From Prorocentrum cordatum (lineage: Eukaryota), in the NCBI GenBank assembly GCA_963575745.1, contig CAUYUJ010000109.1, positions 1-64,000 on the forward strand: 64,000 nt of DNA, given 5' to 3'. The translations under genes and the position numbers were made by a program. The notes beneath the pieces were generated by a model. It saw only the letters and a program-made list of their open reading frames with translations, was not told where the DNA came from and made no database searches. Positions within the stretch are counted from its first letter, which is position 1. Each line of letters begins with the position of its first letter. Below, piece after piece: positions 50,769 through 61,744 of this stretch.

Positions 50769-50953
50769 TATAGTTGTAGGATGTATAGGTCTAGTATGAG
50801 TTGTTCTAGTTGTAATAGTAGTAGCTCTAGTTATATTAGAAGTAGAAGTAGTTATCGTAGTAGTAGTAGTAGTAGTAGTAGAAAGTAGTAGTAGAAGTAG
50901 TAGTAGTAGAGTAGTAGTAGTAGTAGTAGTAGTAGCAGTAGTAGTAGTAGTAA

Positions 50954-50987
<34 letters not shown>

Positions 50988-51152
50988 CGTAGTAGTAGTA
51001 GTAGTGGTAGTAGTAGTAGTAGTACCAGAAGCAGTAGGAGGGAGAGCACTAGCAGTAGCAGAACAAGTAGCAGTAGCAGTAGCAGTAGCGGTAGCCGTCC
51101 TCGTAGAATTAGTAGTGGTAGTAGTGGTAGTACTAGTAGTAGCAGTAGTAGC

Positions 51153-51221
<69 letters not shown>

Positions 51222-51222
51222 T

Positions 51223-51261
<39 letters not shown>

Positions 51262-51291
51262 CCAGTAGGAGTAGTAGTAGTAGTAGTAGTC

Positions 51292-51342
<51 letters not shown>

Positions 51343-51535
51343 TCACCACTATCAGCGGTAGTAAGAAACGTAGTCGTCAACGCCGTCGTCGCAGTAGTTG
51401 TCCCAGTAGCAGTGGCAGTCACTAGAGCAGTGGTCTACATGGAAGTAGTAGTAGTAATCGTAGTAGTAGTACTAGTACTGGTAGTAGTAGAGGCCGTAGC
51501 ACCATGAGTAGAAGTAGTAGTACTAGATCTAGAAA

Positions 51536-51568
<33 letters not shown>

Positions 51569-51572
51569 CAGC

Positions 51573-51612
<40 letters not shown>

Positions 51613-51838
51613 AACATACTAGTAGTAGTAGCAGCAGTAGTAGTGATGGTAGTCTTAGTAGTGGTAGTGGTAGTTGTCGTGGTAGTAGCAGTAATAGAAG
51701 TACTAGTAATAGTAGAAGTAGTAGTCTTAGTATTAATAGCAGCAGTAGTAGTAGGCCCAGTAATACTAGTAGCAGTGGTACTAGTAGCAGTGGTAGTGGT
51801 AGTACTAGTAGTAGTAGCAATAGTAGTAGTTGTAGTAG

Positions 51839-51901
<63 letters not shown>

Positions 51902-51936
51902 CAGATGATGTGGTAGTAGTAGTAGTAGTAGTAGTC

Positions 51937-52000
<64 letters not shown>

Positions 52001-52110
52001 CAGTAGTAGTAGTAGTAGTCGTAGTAGTAGAAGTAGTACTAGGTGTCTTTTGGGAGCCTCTTGGAGGCCTTTTGGGGCGTCTTCGGGGCCTCTTGGCGGC
52101 CCCAGGGGCT
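49085..52110. repeat. Tandem duplication (~1.4-1.6 kb units) of a degenerate (AGT)n array plus flanking modules
   Basis: The same interruptions occur in the same order in both units, e.g. GGTATCACCACTATCAGCGG at ~49789 and ~51339, and GAGGCCGTAGCACCATGAG at ~49928 and ~51490. Confidence 0.93.
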
Positions 52111-52773
52111 TCGAGGAGCGTCTTGGGTGCCTTGGGGGGGCCTCTTCGGGCTTCTTGGGAGCCTCTTGGAGGCGGTTTGGGGCGTCTTGGGGGCCTCTTG
52201 GCGGCTCCAGGGGCTTCCAGGAGCGTCTTGGGTGCCTCGGGGGAGCCTCTTGGGGCCTCTTGGGGGCCTCTTGGGAGCATCTTGGGGGCCTCTTGGAGGC
52301 CTCTTGGGGCTCTTGGGGCTCTTGGGGCTCTTGGAGGGGTCTGGGAGGTATCTTGGGGCCATCTGTCGGGCGATCGATCGCATGGGGGGGGGGGGGGGGG
52401 GGCACCCCCCCCCCCCCCCGCCGTCGGGGCCAGAATCCTCGTGAGGGGTGTCGAATTTTAGCCCTCCCAGGAGTCGAAAAAGACCCCTCTGACCACCCGC
52501 GGAAGGACCTCTCCAGGCCCAGGGGGGGGGGGGGGGTAGGGGGAGGGGCAAACCCCTCCCCGAAGGGGAAGAAGGGGGGTTGAGAACAGAGAGAGCTCCC
52601 TAAACCATTCACGCCCAAAGGGCTGGTGGGATTCAAAAACCCTGCCAGGCAGACCTAGGCATTCTTTCACGCCTCAATGTGCCAGGCGGCCACAGTGGCG
52701 GATCACTGTCACCATTCGCAGAGCGTGCTTCTCTCGCCCATGTCCCTCCGCTCCTCACCCCCCCTCGAACACG

Positions 52774-55700
52774 GTGCGGTGGTCGCCTCGACGCCTCGCA
52801 GCGGGTCGGCGGCGTAACGAACCAAATTCTAGACGCTTCGCGTATCCCCTGGTGGTGATGATGCTCCAATTGCACGAGCCTCGCGCCGCGCTATGGCCCT
52901 TCCCGCACCCCGAGGCCACGGAAGACATCTTCGAGGCGGCCATGGGCTTCTGCTTCCCCTGGCAGCAAGCCCACAAAGAGTACAGGGCGCAATTCGCAGA
53001 GGCTTGGGGCTTCGACTTGTGCCGCCTTGCATCCCTCCACGGGAAGATGGAGGACACCATCGAGCATATCAGCAGGCTCGCTACCTACGCCCACCACCAC
53101 GAGGTTGCGATCAACCACGGGTGCCCAACCACATGGGAGCGATGCTGGACTATAAGTTCACGCTGGAGGCCCCCATGAGGGTCCTCGAAGCAATCGTCAA
53201 GCCGGCCGACATCAAATCCCTGAGGGAAGGAAGCTGCTCCATCTGCACACTACACAAGGAGCTCTGCGGGACCGAAGACGGGCTCGGCCACCCTGACACA
53301 ATGGCTGACGTGGAGTACATTGGCGGGGGGATCGCCATGCCCAACAAGCGCCTTGACGAAGACTCCCCGGTCTCCCCGGCCTCCCCGGCCCCCGGCATAG
53401 CACTCATCCCACCGATGATAACCGACGACAGGTTCCGGACCAGGCAGCAGGTCGGCAGCTTCGACTGCGACGGGTGCCTCAGCACCGGGTTACAAGGCTC
53501 GGCAGGCACTTGGGAGGACGACGACACAAGGGAGCTCCTGGCGCAGAACCGCGCCCAAGCGTACCTGCAAGGCCGTAATTGCAGGTGGCTGTGCGAGCTG
53601 TGCTGGATCAAGTCGCTGGAAGGCAAAGGCATCGAGGCCCCCCTAATTGAGAACAAGGACCTCGCCACCAAAAAGTCACTGCGACAGCGCCTACAGACGT
53701 GCGAGCGAACGCTGGATGAGGCCCGCTACCGAGAGAAAGCCAATGCTCTCCCCTCCCTGGATCGGCTCCCAATTGGGTTCGGGCTCCCTGACCTTACGCA
53801 GGTCCCCGTCACTCTGGATGACCTGGTCATGAACGCCCCGCCCGCCCACAGACCGAGGGCGGTTGGTACCGCCCTCCCAGCCCACAAGCTGTCCGACGGC
53901 AGATTCGGGCCTGACTCGCATACTACCCGAACCTATTCCGCCATGTGCGACACCTGCCCCGTGGGGTCGCCACTGCTTGTGTGGTCTACAGACAGCCCCG
54001 CGCTCGGCTGCTTCATGTGGCGACCTGAGAAGGGCGCGCCGCGCAGAGAGGAGACAGGGCTTCCACCCTGGGACACCATGCCCACGCTCTGGATCCAGCA
54101 ACAGTGGAATGCAGGATGGGCCTGTCGGCGGTGCCTTGTCCACAGTGGGAACATCGCGCCTGGCACCCTCGACTGCATCGTGGACCGGGACTATTCCAAG
54201 GTAGGCCCCACCACTCCCACCAAACGCACGGCAACGACAGAATTGCAGGAGGGCAGCTGCGACATCAGCGTCCACCTCTCTTCAACAGGCGTCGATGCAG
54301 CCGCAAAGGACACATGCTCAAGGCAATCGGCCCCGGGGGGCGAGCTCACCCCCAACGACAGAGTGCACCGCCGGGCGGCAGGAGAAAGCAGCGCACCTGT
54401 CAAGGTCGGTCTCGACAGCAGCTCCGTGTTCCACGACGTGGACTCCCCAGAGTGCCCACTCTTACCAGCCCAATCCGCCCTCAGGCTCGCCAGGGTGGAA
54501 GCTGACGGCCCCGTGCGCTCCTTGGTGAGATACCCGCTGGAATGGAATCACACCGTCTACAAATGTTCGGAAGACTTCGTGCTGCAGTGCGGTGACGGCA
54601 TCCCAGGGGACAGGGCCGATGAGGGATCGTGGCCCACAGCAAGGTTGCTCCCCTTCCTGGTAATGATCTACGGAGAGTCCATCCCAGACAACGGCCCCCC
54701 CCCGACATCCCCTGGGATGGGCAACGAGCCGCAGTGGCCAGAGTGGTGTACTACTTTATGAGATCCAACGGGAAGTGCCGAGGCAAATGGGGGAAATTCG
54801 CAGAGCCAACCTGACAGAGCAGAAAAGCCAATGCCCCTTCCGACAGCGTACCGGCGCACTACTCACTTTCCCCATGAAGATTGACCAGGCCGCCTTGGCC
54901 TATGGTGCTGCCGCTGTCCTGGCCAAGCGTGGCCCGCGCGAGACCGTAGTAGGCGTGCCGGGGGGGGGTGATTCACCAACAGCAACCTGGCTGAACAGAG
55001 CGGCCAGTGCCGAGGAAATCCCCCCAGCAAGCAGCGTTGTACTGACGCGAGAGGACATCTCTGCCCATGCCGCCAGAGCCCCCCCGCCCGCCACAGACGC
55101 AGATGGGGGGCGAGGCTTTCGTGCAGAGGGGGGGGGCCCCGACAGGCCAGGCAAGCAAGGCCGAATGCGAACCTGGCGGGATCGACTGGGGAGGGGAAGG
55201 GGGCAAGAAAAGCGAAACCGACGGCGCCAAAGACCCGGCCCCAGAGCTCAGCCCGACGCCGGTGGCCGACGACGAAGAAGGGGGCCCCCTCAAACTCTTC
55301 CCTGAGACACCCGTCAGGCCCGACGCCTGGCCCCCATGCGACAACGTCGTTGTCAGGAGCGCCCCTCGTATAATCAAGAGCGCGGATGACAGCCCACGAA
55401 GAGCAGTCAGCGCAACTTGGAACATCAACGACGTCAGGGATGTCCGTGCCCTGAACCGCGGGGGCGGTGGCGAGGGCCGCCGGCGACCCGCGTGGGGCGA
55501 CGGCAAGATTGAGGGCGGCCGCGCCGCCAAATCCCCAAGAGGCGACCCGGCACGGGTGCCCATTTCCGAGGCGCCCTGGAAGAATAATGTAAGGGACACG
55601 CGCCCTCCCTTAGGCAACCCGTGCGACCCCATGGGGAGCATTCCCATGTACATGTGCCCCGTTGCCGAGGCCGACGTCGCCAAGGATGAACCAGTGCAGG

Positions 55701-56212
55701 AGAATATCGTGCGCCTTCAAAAGACGCCGGGAGGAGCGTTCAACGGAGTTTGGGCCGCATGGGTGAAGAAGGCCGCCATGAAGCAAGGAACCCGCGGCAG
55801 CGAAAAGCACGACCCCAAACGCAACGCAGCCCAGTTGTGCGACGAGTTCATCCAGGCGCGGGGTAGCGCAGGGTACGACGCCTACAAGATGGACAGAGAC
55901 CAAAGGCTCGGCGTCCACTGGCCGTCGGTCAAGGACAAGCACGCGAAGCTCCTTCAGCGCGAACCAAAGACGCACGCTCAGCGCGGGCCCTCCAGCAGCA
56001 GTGCATCCGCCCCCTGGACAGCAGAAGGCAAGGCAGCCGCGTCGGCGCCCGTGCGCGAGCGTTGGGCAGGCGCCATCGGCACTGCCACCCCCTCCCGTTG
56101 GCACGAATGGCAGGAGTGGGAATCCTGGAGCCACCAGACAGCACCGTGGACGGAAACTGAATGGAAGGGGAAAGGCAAGCGCTATTCCCCCAGGGGAGAC
56201 GACCATATATAG
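52774..56212 (+). pseudogene. Frameshifted ORF1/gag-like gene with CxxC modules and a Trp/Lys-rich C-terminus
   Basis: Overlapping + ORFs 52774-53178, 52893-54761, 54629-54814, 54775-55305 and 55067-56212 each look protein-like in part. CxxC modules: CDGC..WLCELC and CDTC..WACRRC. The frame ends WHEWQEWESW..WKGKGKRY. The joins and the ORF1 role are inferred. Confidence 0.55.
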
Positions 56213-56554
56213 ACAAGCGTGCACGATGGTGGGACAGGAGGGACTAGTACGCCCAGGGGGGGACAGGCTCGGGCGGGCTGGACAGCGCGCCCACCGGCCT
56301 CCCGGCCCGTCGCGCGCCTGAACCCCCACCTCGATGCCCGCGGCCCACCTGCCGGGGCTCGCTTCACCTTGCAGCGCCTGGCCTCGGCCATAATGCCCTG
56401 GGGCAACTCTCGCTGGGGCGGGTGTCTCCCCATATCTCACCCCCTGGCGCAGCAAGGCTAGACAGCCGCGCTGGATGCGTGGACCTCGCCGGGCAGCGCC
56501 CCCCCGTTCAGCAGATGGGGACCGGCCCGCCGGCCTGACCCACCCTGGGTACGC

Positions 56555-58200
56555 CTGCTTTGCTGTCCAGCGGCGACGGCCGCCAGTTGGGTGCAGTGTG
56601 CGGCCGCAGATGCGCCCTCCCTGGCTTGTTTTTGCCGCCACTTGACGGCCGCCAGCTGCGGGTAGCAGGGGTTAGTCGCCACAGACAGTCACCCCCCCGC
56701 AGACCGCGCAGCCGCGCCTCGGCAAGTCGCAGCCCCAGCTTGTTGTGTAAAGCCACGAAGCAGGGTCTTCCACTTGGCGCGTCCGACGCTGGCACACTCC
56801 AGCCCGGGCCGCATCGTCGCAGTCCTGCCGCCCCCCATCTCTCCAGGTGTCTCTTGCGGCGGTTAGCTGCGCCCCCCGCGCGTGTGGATGCTCTCGGCGT
56901 GCAGCTGCCCCCAAGTCACGTATCTTTTGCGGCGGTTGGCGTGGGCCCCATTCTCCGCGATATGTCACGCTTCGCCGCGCAGCCTCAGGCCGCCAGTGCG
57001 GGGCGGCGACGTCTGCCTGACCTGACGGACGTCCTCCACTGTGCCCCATGGCTCGCCCGCAGCGGCCGCGGCAGCCTGAGCGGGTGGCCGCGCGGGCTGG
57101 CGGCCCGGCGGGCCCCCCCATCCACGGATCGTCCCAGTCAGTCGCAGCGGGCACTGGGATGGTCTCCTCGCAGCTGGTCGACCCCGGGGGCACTCAGGTC
57201 GTTGGTGTCCAACGAAGTGAGAAACACTGAGGGCTGCCTTGCCTGCGTGCTTCTTTTAGTGCTTCTTTGACGCGTGGGCCCGCCTGAGTGCTACCTCAGG
57301 CCGCGTCTCTAGGTTTCCCCCGCCCAGGTGCGCCTGCTTTGCCGTCCTGCAGCGACAGCCGCTCTTTTCGGTGCCCAGGGGGCGGCCGTAGGTGCATCCC
57401 CCTGCGCACCTCCCTTTGCTGTTCACTGGGCAGCCGCCCGCTGCCGGTAGCAGGGGTCAATCGCCTGAATAGGCGCCTCCCTGCTCGCCGCTCAGCCGGT
57501 TTTTTGACAGATGCCCATATGTCGTTGGTATCCGTCGCGTGTTAGTCACTGCGGGCTGCCTTGCCTGTGTGCGTCGTGTAGTGCTTCTCTTACGCGTTCC
57601 CTGAATGTCTCAGGCCGCGTCTCTAGGTTTCACCCGCCTTGGTGCCTTTAGTGCTTCTTTCACGCGTTGCCTCGCCTGTGTGCCACCGCAGGCCGCGTCT
57701 CTAGGCGCCGCCCGCCCTGGGGCGCCTACTTTGCTGTCGTGCAGCGACAGCCGCTCTTTTCGGTGCCCAGGGGCCGGCCACAGTGGCCCCCCCCGTTATC
57801 GCACCTTCCTTTGCTGTTCACCGGACAGCCGCCCGCTGCCGGTAGCAGGGATCTGTCGCCTTAAATAGTCGCGCCCCTGCTCGCCGCTCAGCTGGTGCTT
57901 TAACAGGTGCCTCTTCAGCCGTGTTGCGTAATGCTGCGCAACATGGCCGTTTTAGTGGCGCTTCCGGCGCTGGCGCACTCCAGCCCGGGCAGCCCCTGCA
58001 CCGTCCAGCCACCCCCCCCGTCTTTTTACGTGACGCATGCGGCGGTCAGGTGCGCCCCCCAGACGTGTATGCGCTCTCGGCGTGCAGCTGCCATCCAGTT
58101 ACGTTTCTCTTGCGGCGGTTAGCTGCGCCCCCCATCTCCGCGCCAGTCGCGCCCTGCAGGCCGCAGTGGCCCTCCCACTGCCGGTCGGCACTATGGCTTC
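56555..58200. repeat. Degenerate ~300-400-bp repeats occupying the place of the missing RT-ORF N-terminus
   Basis: GCAGCGACAGCCGCTCTTTTCGGTGCCCAGGGG occurs at ~57349 and ~57741. CAGGCCGCGTCTCTAGG occurs at ~57297, 57611 and 57689. GGTAGCAGGG occurs at ~56661, 57446 and 57841. Confidence 0.75.
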
Positions 58201-58706
58201 GGAAGGTCGGCGGTGTCCACCGAGGTGAGGGTGTCTGTGGCGGGTTGCCTTGCCAGTGTGGCGCCTCGCCCGCGTTCCTCAGCGCGCCTCCCCCTCGCCG
58301 GTCCCGACCCGTCCTCCGTTGGCCGACGCCTCCTCAACAGCTCTGTAGTGGTGTTCGCTGGCTGCGCGCTGAGAGGATCAGCCTTCAGCGCCGTCGGCCT
58401 GTTTTCCACCCCCAGCAGCCGGTCCGCCGGGCTGGTGCCAGTTGTCTGTTTGAGGTGTTGCTCGGAGCTTGGCGCCGCGAGGGCGACGTTCCGTTTCGCC
58501 CGCACCTCTGTGTGCTCGTTCTTTTGGACCGGGCGGCGCCTAGGTGCGTCTCGGCTCGAATGTGGAGCATTTTGCTCAGTGCACGGTGCACCGCGCGCCT
58601 TGCGTGCAATTTGCCTGTTCCGCCGTCCCGGACACGCCTGTTGCCGCCAGACCGTCGTCGCGCGGCCGCCGACCAACCAAGAAGTATCCCCACCAGCTGC
58701 AAAAGG

Positions 58707-61671
58707 TGGCAGCTTCCTCCCTGGCTCCTACACGCCCTGGGCGCTCTTCTGAGCGAACGGCGCGCCCAAACCTGCAAGGGCAAGTACAGGAGCAAAGCAA
58801 GACGCCTGCTCCGCTCGATCGGCATGGGCGGTACGGCCTCCCCGCTTCTCTGGTGCATGGGCTACGACCCGCTGATAGAAGCCGTCGCCAACATTGCCGG
58901 TGGCGCCAGCCCCGCATACGTCGACGACTTAGCGGCTCTTCTCGCATCTACGGGCCAGGTGCTACGTGCGGCCATTGCCCGCCCTCCCCTGGCTCGCCAA
59001 GGTGGCTGGCCTCCAGGTCGAAACCCGCAGATGCAGAGGGATCCACATGCCCTTCGACAGCCGCGTCACTCTCGCCCTGGCTGAAGTGCCCGTCACCCTG
59101 GAAGGTCGGGGCAACGAGATCTGCATCGCGGGCCGGCCCCCCGCCCTCATCCAGGCCCTCGTCCTCGGCCCGCTCGGCCCAGCCTCGGCGGCTGCTTGCC
59201 GCCCCTGGCATGCCCCCTGCTTCTTCAGCTTCAAAACTGCACTGGTGCCCGCGAGCAACCGCGAGTGGTGGAGGTCGATCATGGATTCCACCCCCTTCGG
59301 TGCCTCGTCAGTGGCGGCCCAGTGGCCGTGCCTCGGCGCCAGCGTGGTCTCCAGAGCCGCCGAAGGAGAAGCGCCCCCCCCCAGGGCAGTGCGAAGCGCC
59401 GCGATCGTGTCAGGGCCCTGCGCATCGCAGGCATGTCCCCCTCGCGCACCGCCCTTACCTGGAACTCCTACCTCATCTCGCTGGCCCCCTGCCCCGCACG
59501 CTACATGGCACCAGATGTGCTGCAGGAGCGCGCCCTCTGGGCACAGCTGCGAGTGGCCCTCGGGCTCGCGGGCGCCTCCTGGATCCTTGACCAGGTTCTC
59601 GCGGGCCTTGGCATCTTGTTTCAGGTGCCCGGGTGCCCCATGTGCCCCGTTGCCACCGCCCGGGCCATCGCGGCCAGAGCATGCGCTCTAGGGGACGTAT
59701 GGGGTCCCCCGCCCGCTCACAAGCGTGCCGAGATCAGATGGAACAAACTCCGCAAATGGGCCGCGGGTGGCGCCCGGCAGCAGGGGCCCGCCAGACCAGG
59801 CTCCAAGGTGCTCACGGATATCAGGGCCGCCGAACTCCTAGCCCGCGCGCTGCGGGAACCACGGGATCCGGAGCCGTTACTTCGGCAGGGTAGCCAACGC
59901 GGCCTCCTGGGCCCAGCTCCACGGACACACCACGCAAAACTGGTTCCGAGTGACCAGCCAGTCCAGGCGCTGGGCACAGACAGACGGGGCGGAGTGGTCT
60001 CTGATCCAGCACTGTGCCTCCTTCACGGAGGCACATCACGTTCTTCGCTTCCTCGCCAACGGGCTACCTGGCTCGGCCAGAAGGCGTGGGGCTGTCGACC
60101 GCCTCCCACACCAATGCAACTGCGGAAGACCTGCGCACAGAGTCTGGCTCACCGCCGGACACGGCGACCCTGGCTGCGCGTGGTGCAGACCTGGCCTCTC
60201 CTGAACCCAGATTTGCCCCCCAACGAGCTGCGCGTCGAAGCCACCGAGCGGATGACCGTCCTCGGACATGTCGACGTGCCGAACCGCTGCGGCATCTACG
60301 GGTGTGCCCGCTATGCGGTCTGGGAGGAGCCACCCCCGAGCACGCGTTGTGTTGGTGTCCCGCCCTGGCCCTCACTTGGATGCAGGCTAGAGCCACAGAC
60401 CACCCTCGCACCCTGGCTGGAGCCATCTGCACCCCCGGGACGCACCAGAGGCTCGTCTGTCGCCTTCTCCATCAGGCCTCCTTTCGCTACTGCGTGAACC
60501 TGGACTGCACCCCGCTCGCCGCCCTAGAGGCAGCCAAGCTCAGATTGCAAGGGGTCGTGGTACCCGACTGTGACCAGCAAAGTGACAGCGAGGATGATTG
60601 GCACGAGGGTCAGGCCCCCCCCCCCGAACCAGCAGAGACGTCGGTATGGGCCCCCATGCTCACGGCTTGTGACACATGTAGCCCACAGGGAGGGACTGGC
60701 CAGCGCATCAAGGGCGCCGCCAGACCACACATGGACAGACAAGCTGCCCGAGCCGGTGGTGAGGTCAGACGCCTCCCCGTCGCCAGTCGATGCACCCGAG
60801 CAGGTGACCGGCTCGCAGTGCTCCAGGCGTCGGTCACGCGGGCGGCCTGGATGATCCCAGGCCGAGGATGATTCCCCTGCGCCCGCACGGACTCAGACCC
60901 GACAGCTTACTGGATCAGGAGATGCTGCCGCGCCTGCGACACCCATGCGGGTGCCCTGTGGGCCAGCCGGCCCATGGAACGAGGAGACGAGATCACCGTG
61001 CACGACTCCCCCTTCCCATCGGCAGACGCGGCGCAGTGGCCCTACGAAATCACGCCGACGGAGGCACCGGGGGCATCCTGGAAAGGTCTAAAGTCGCAGG
61101 TGCGGGTGCTCTCCTGTGGAAGCACGACCCAATGACCGGGCCCCCCAGAGTGGTTGCCGCCGTGGTGGTCGCCCTCCCCGGGGGCGACAACGCGCGGGCG
61201 GCCGAAGTTGCGGGGTGCAGGGCGGGCCTCGCCTTCCTCCCGCACGTAGACAGTCCCGTCGTATGCTCACGGGTGGTTAGCGACAACCTCGCCGCCATAC
61301 GGTACTGTGCGGGTACTGGACGCTACAGGAGGCTCCACCTTGCACGGCAAATTGACTACGCCCTGCGACAAACGACCAATGGGGGGTGGGCACTTACCTG
61401 GCAGGCCGTACGACGGCGGCTCAACGAGGCCGCCGACCAGCTGGCCACCTTAGGTGTCTACTGGGCTGACGCCCTGAGAGCCGAACGACACCGCGCGGTT
61501 CAAACGACCGTGGCGTGGGCCACCCTCCCCGCCCCCCTACCCGACGGCTTCCCTTGTCCGGACATCAACCTCTGCGACCTCGACGCTGTCCTCCTCGCCG
61601 CCTCAGCCCTCGAGCGTCCTCCTCCTTCTTGCCCCCCCCCCCCCTTTCCCGCCGCTGCGCCCGCCTGCTAA
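58707..61671 (+). pseudogene. Non-LTR-type polyprotein remnant: RT C-terminal half + CCHC zinc finger + SET-like segment + RNase H
   Basis: RT: LPPWLL..RSIGMGGTASPLLW..YDPL..AYVDDLA (YVDD at 58917-58928), then AGLQVET. Zinc finger: CPLC-x8-H-x4-C at 60305-60358. RNase H: YEIT/DGG..AGAGALLW..AAEVAGCRAGL..VVSDN..WQAVRRRLNEAADQLA (61043-61460). Several frameshifts and a TGA at 60869. Confidence 0.85.
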
Positions 61672-61744
61672 GGTCGCCGTGGGCCCCGCCCATCCTTTTC
61701 ACCGCCGTCAGTGCAGCCGTTAGCTGCTCCCTGGTACCCCTGGC

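Noticed and set aside
58707..61671. Prokaryotic RT system (retron, DGR, group II intron)
   Set aside because: The CCHC finger plus RNase H layout and the eukaryotic repeat context fit a non-LTR retroelement. No template/variable repeat pair or msr-msd inverted repeats were seen.
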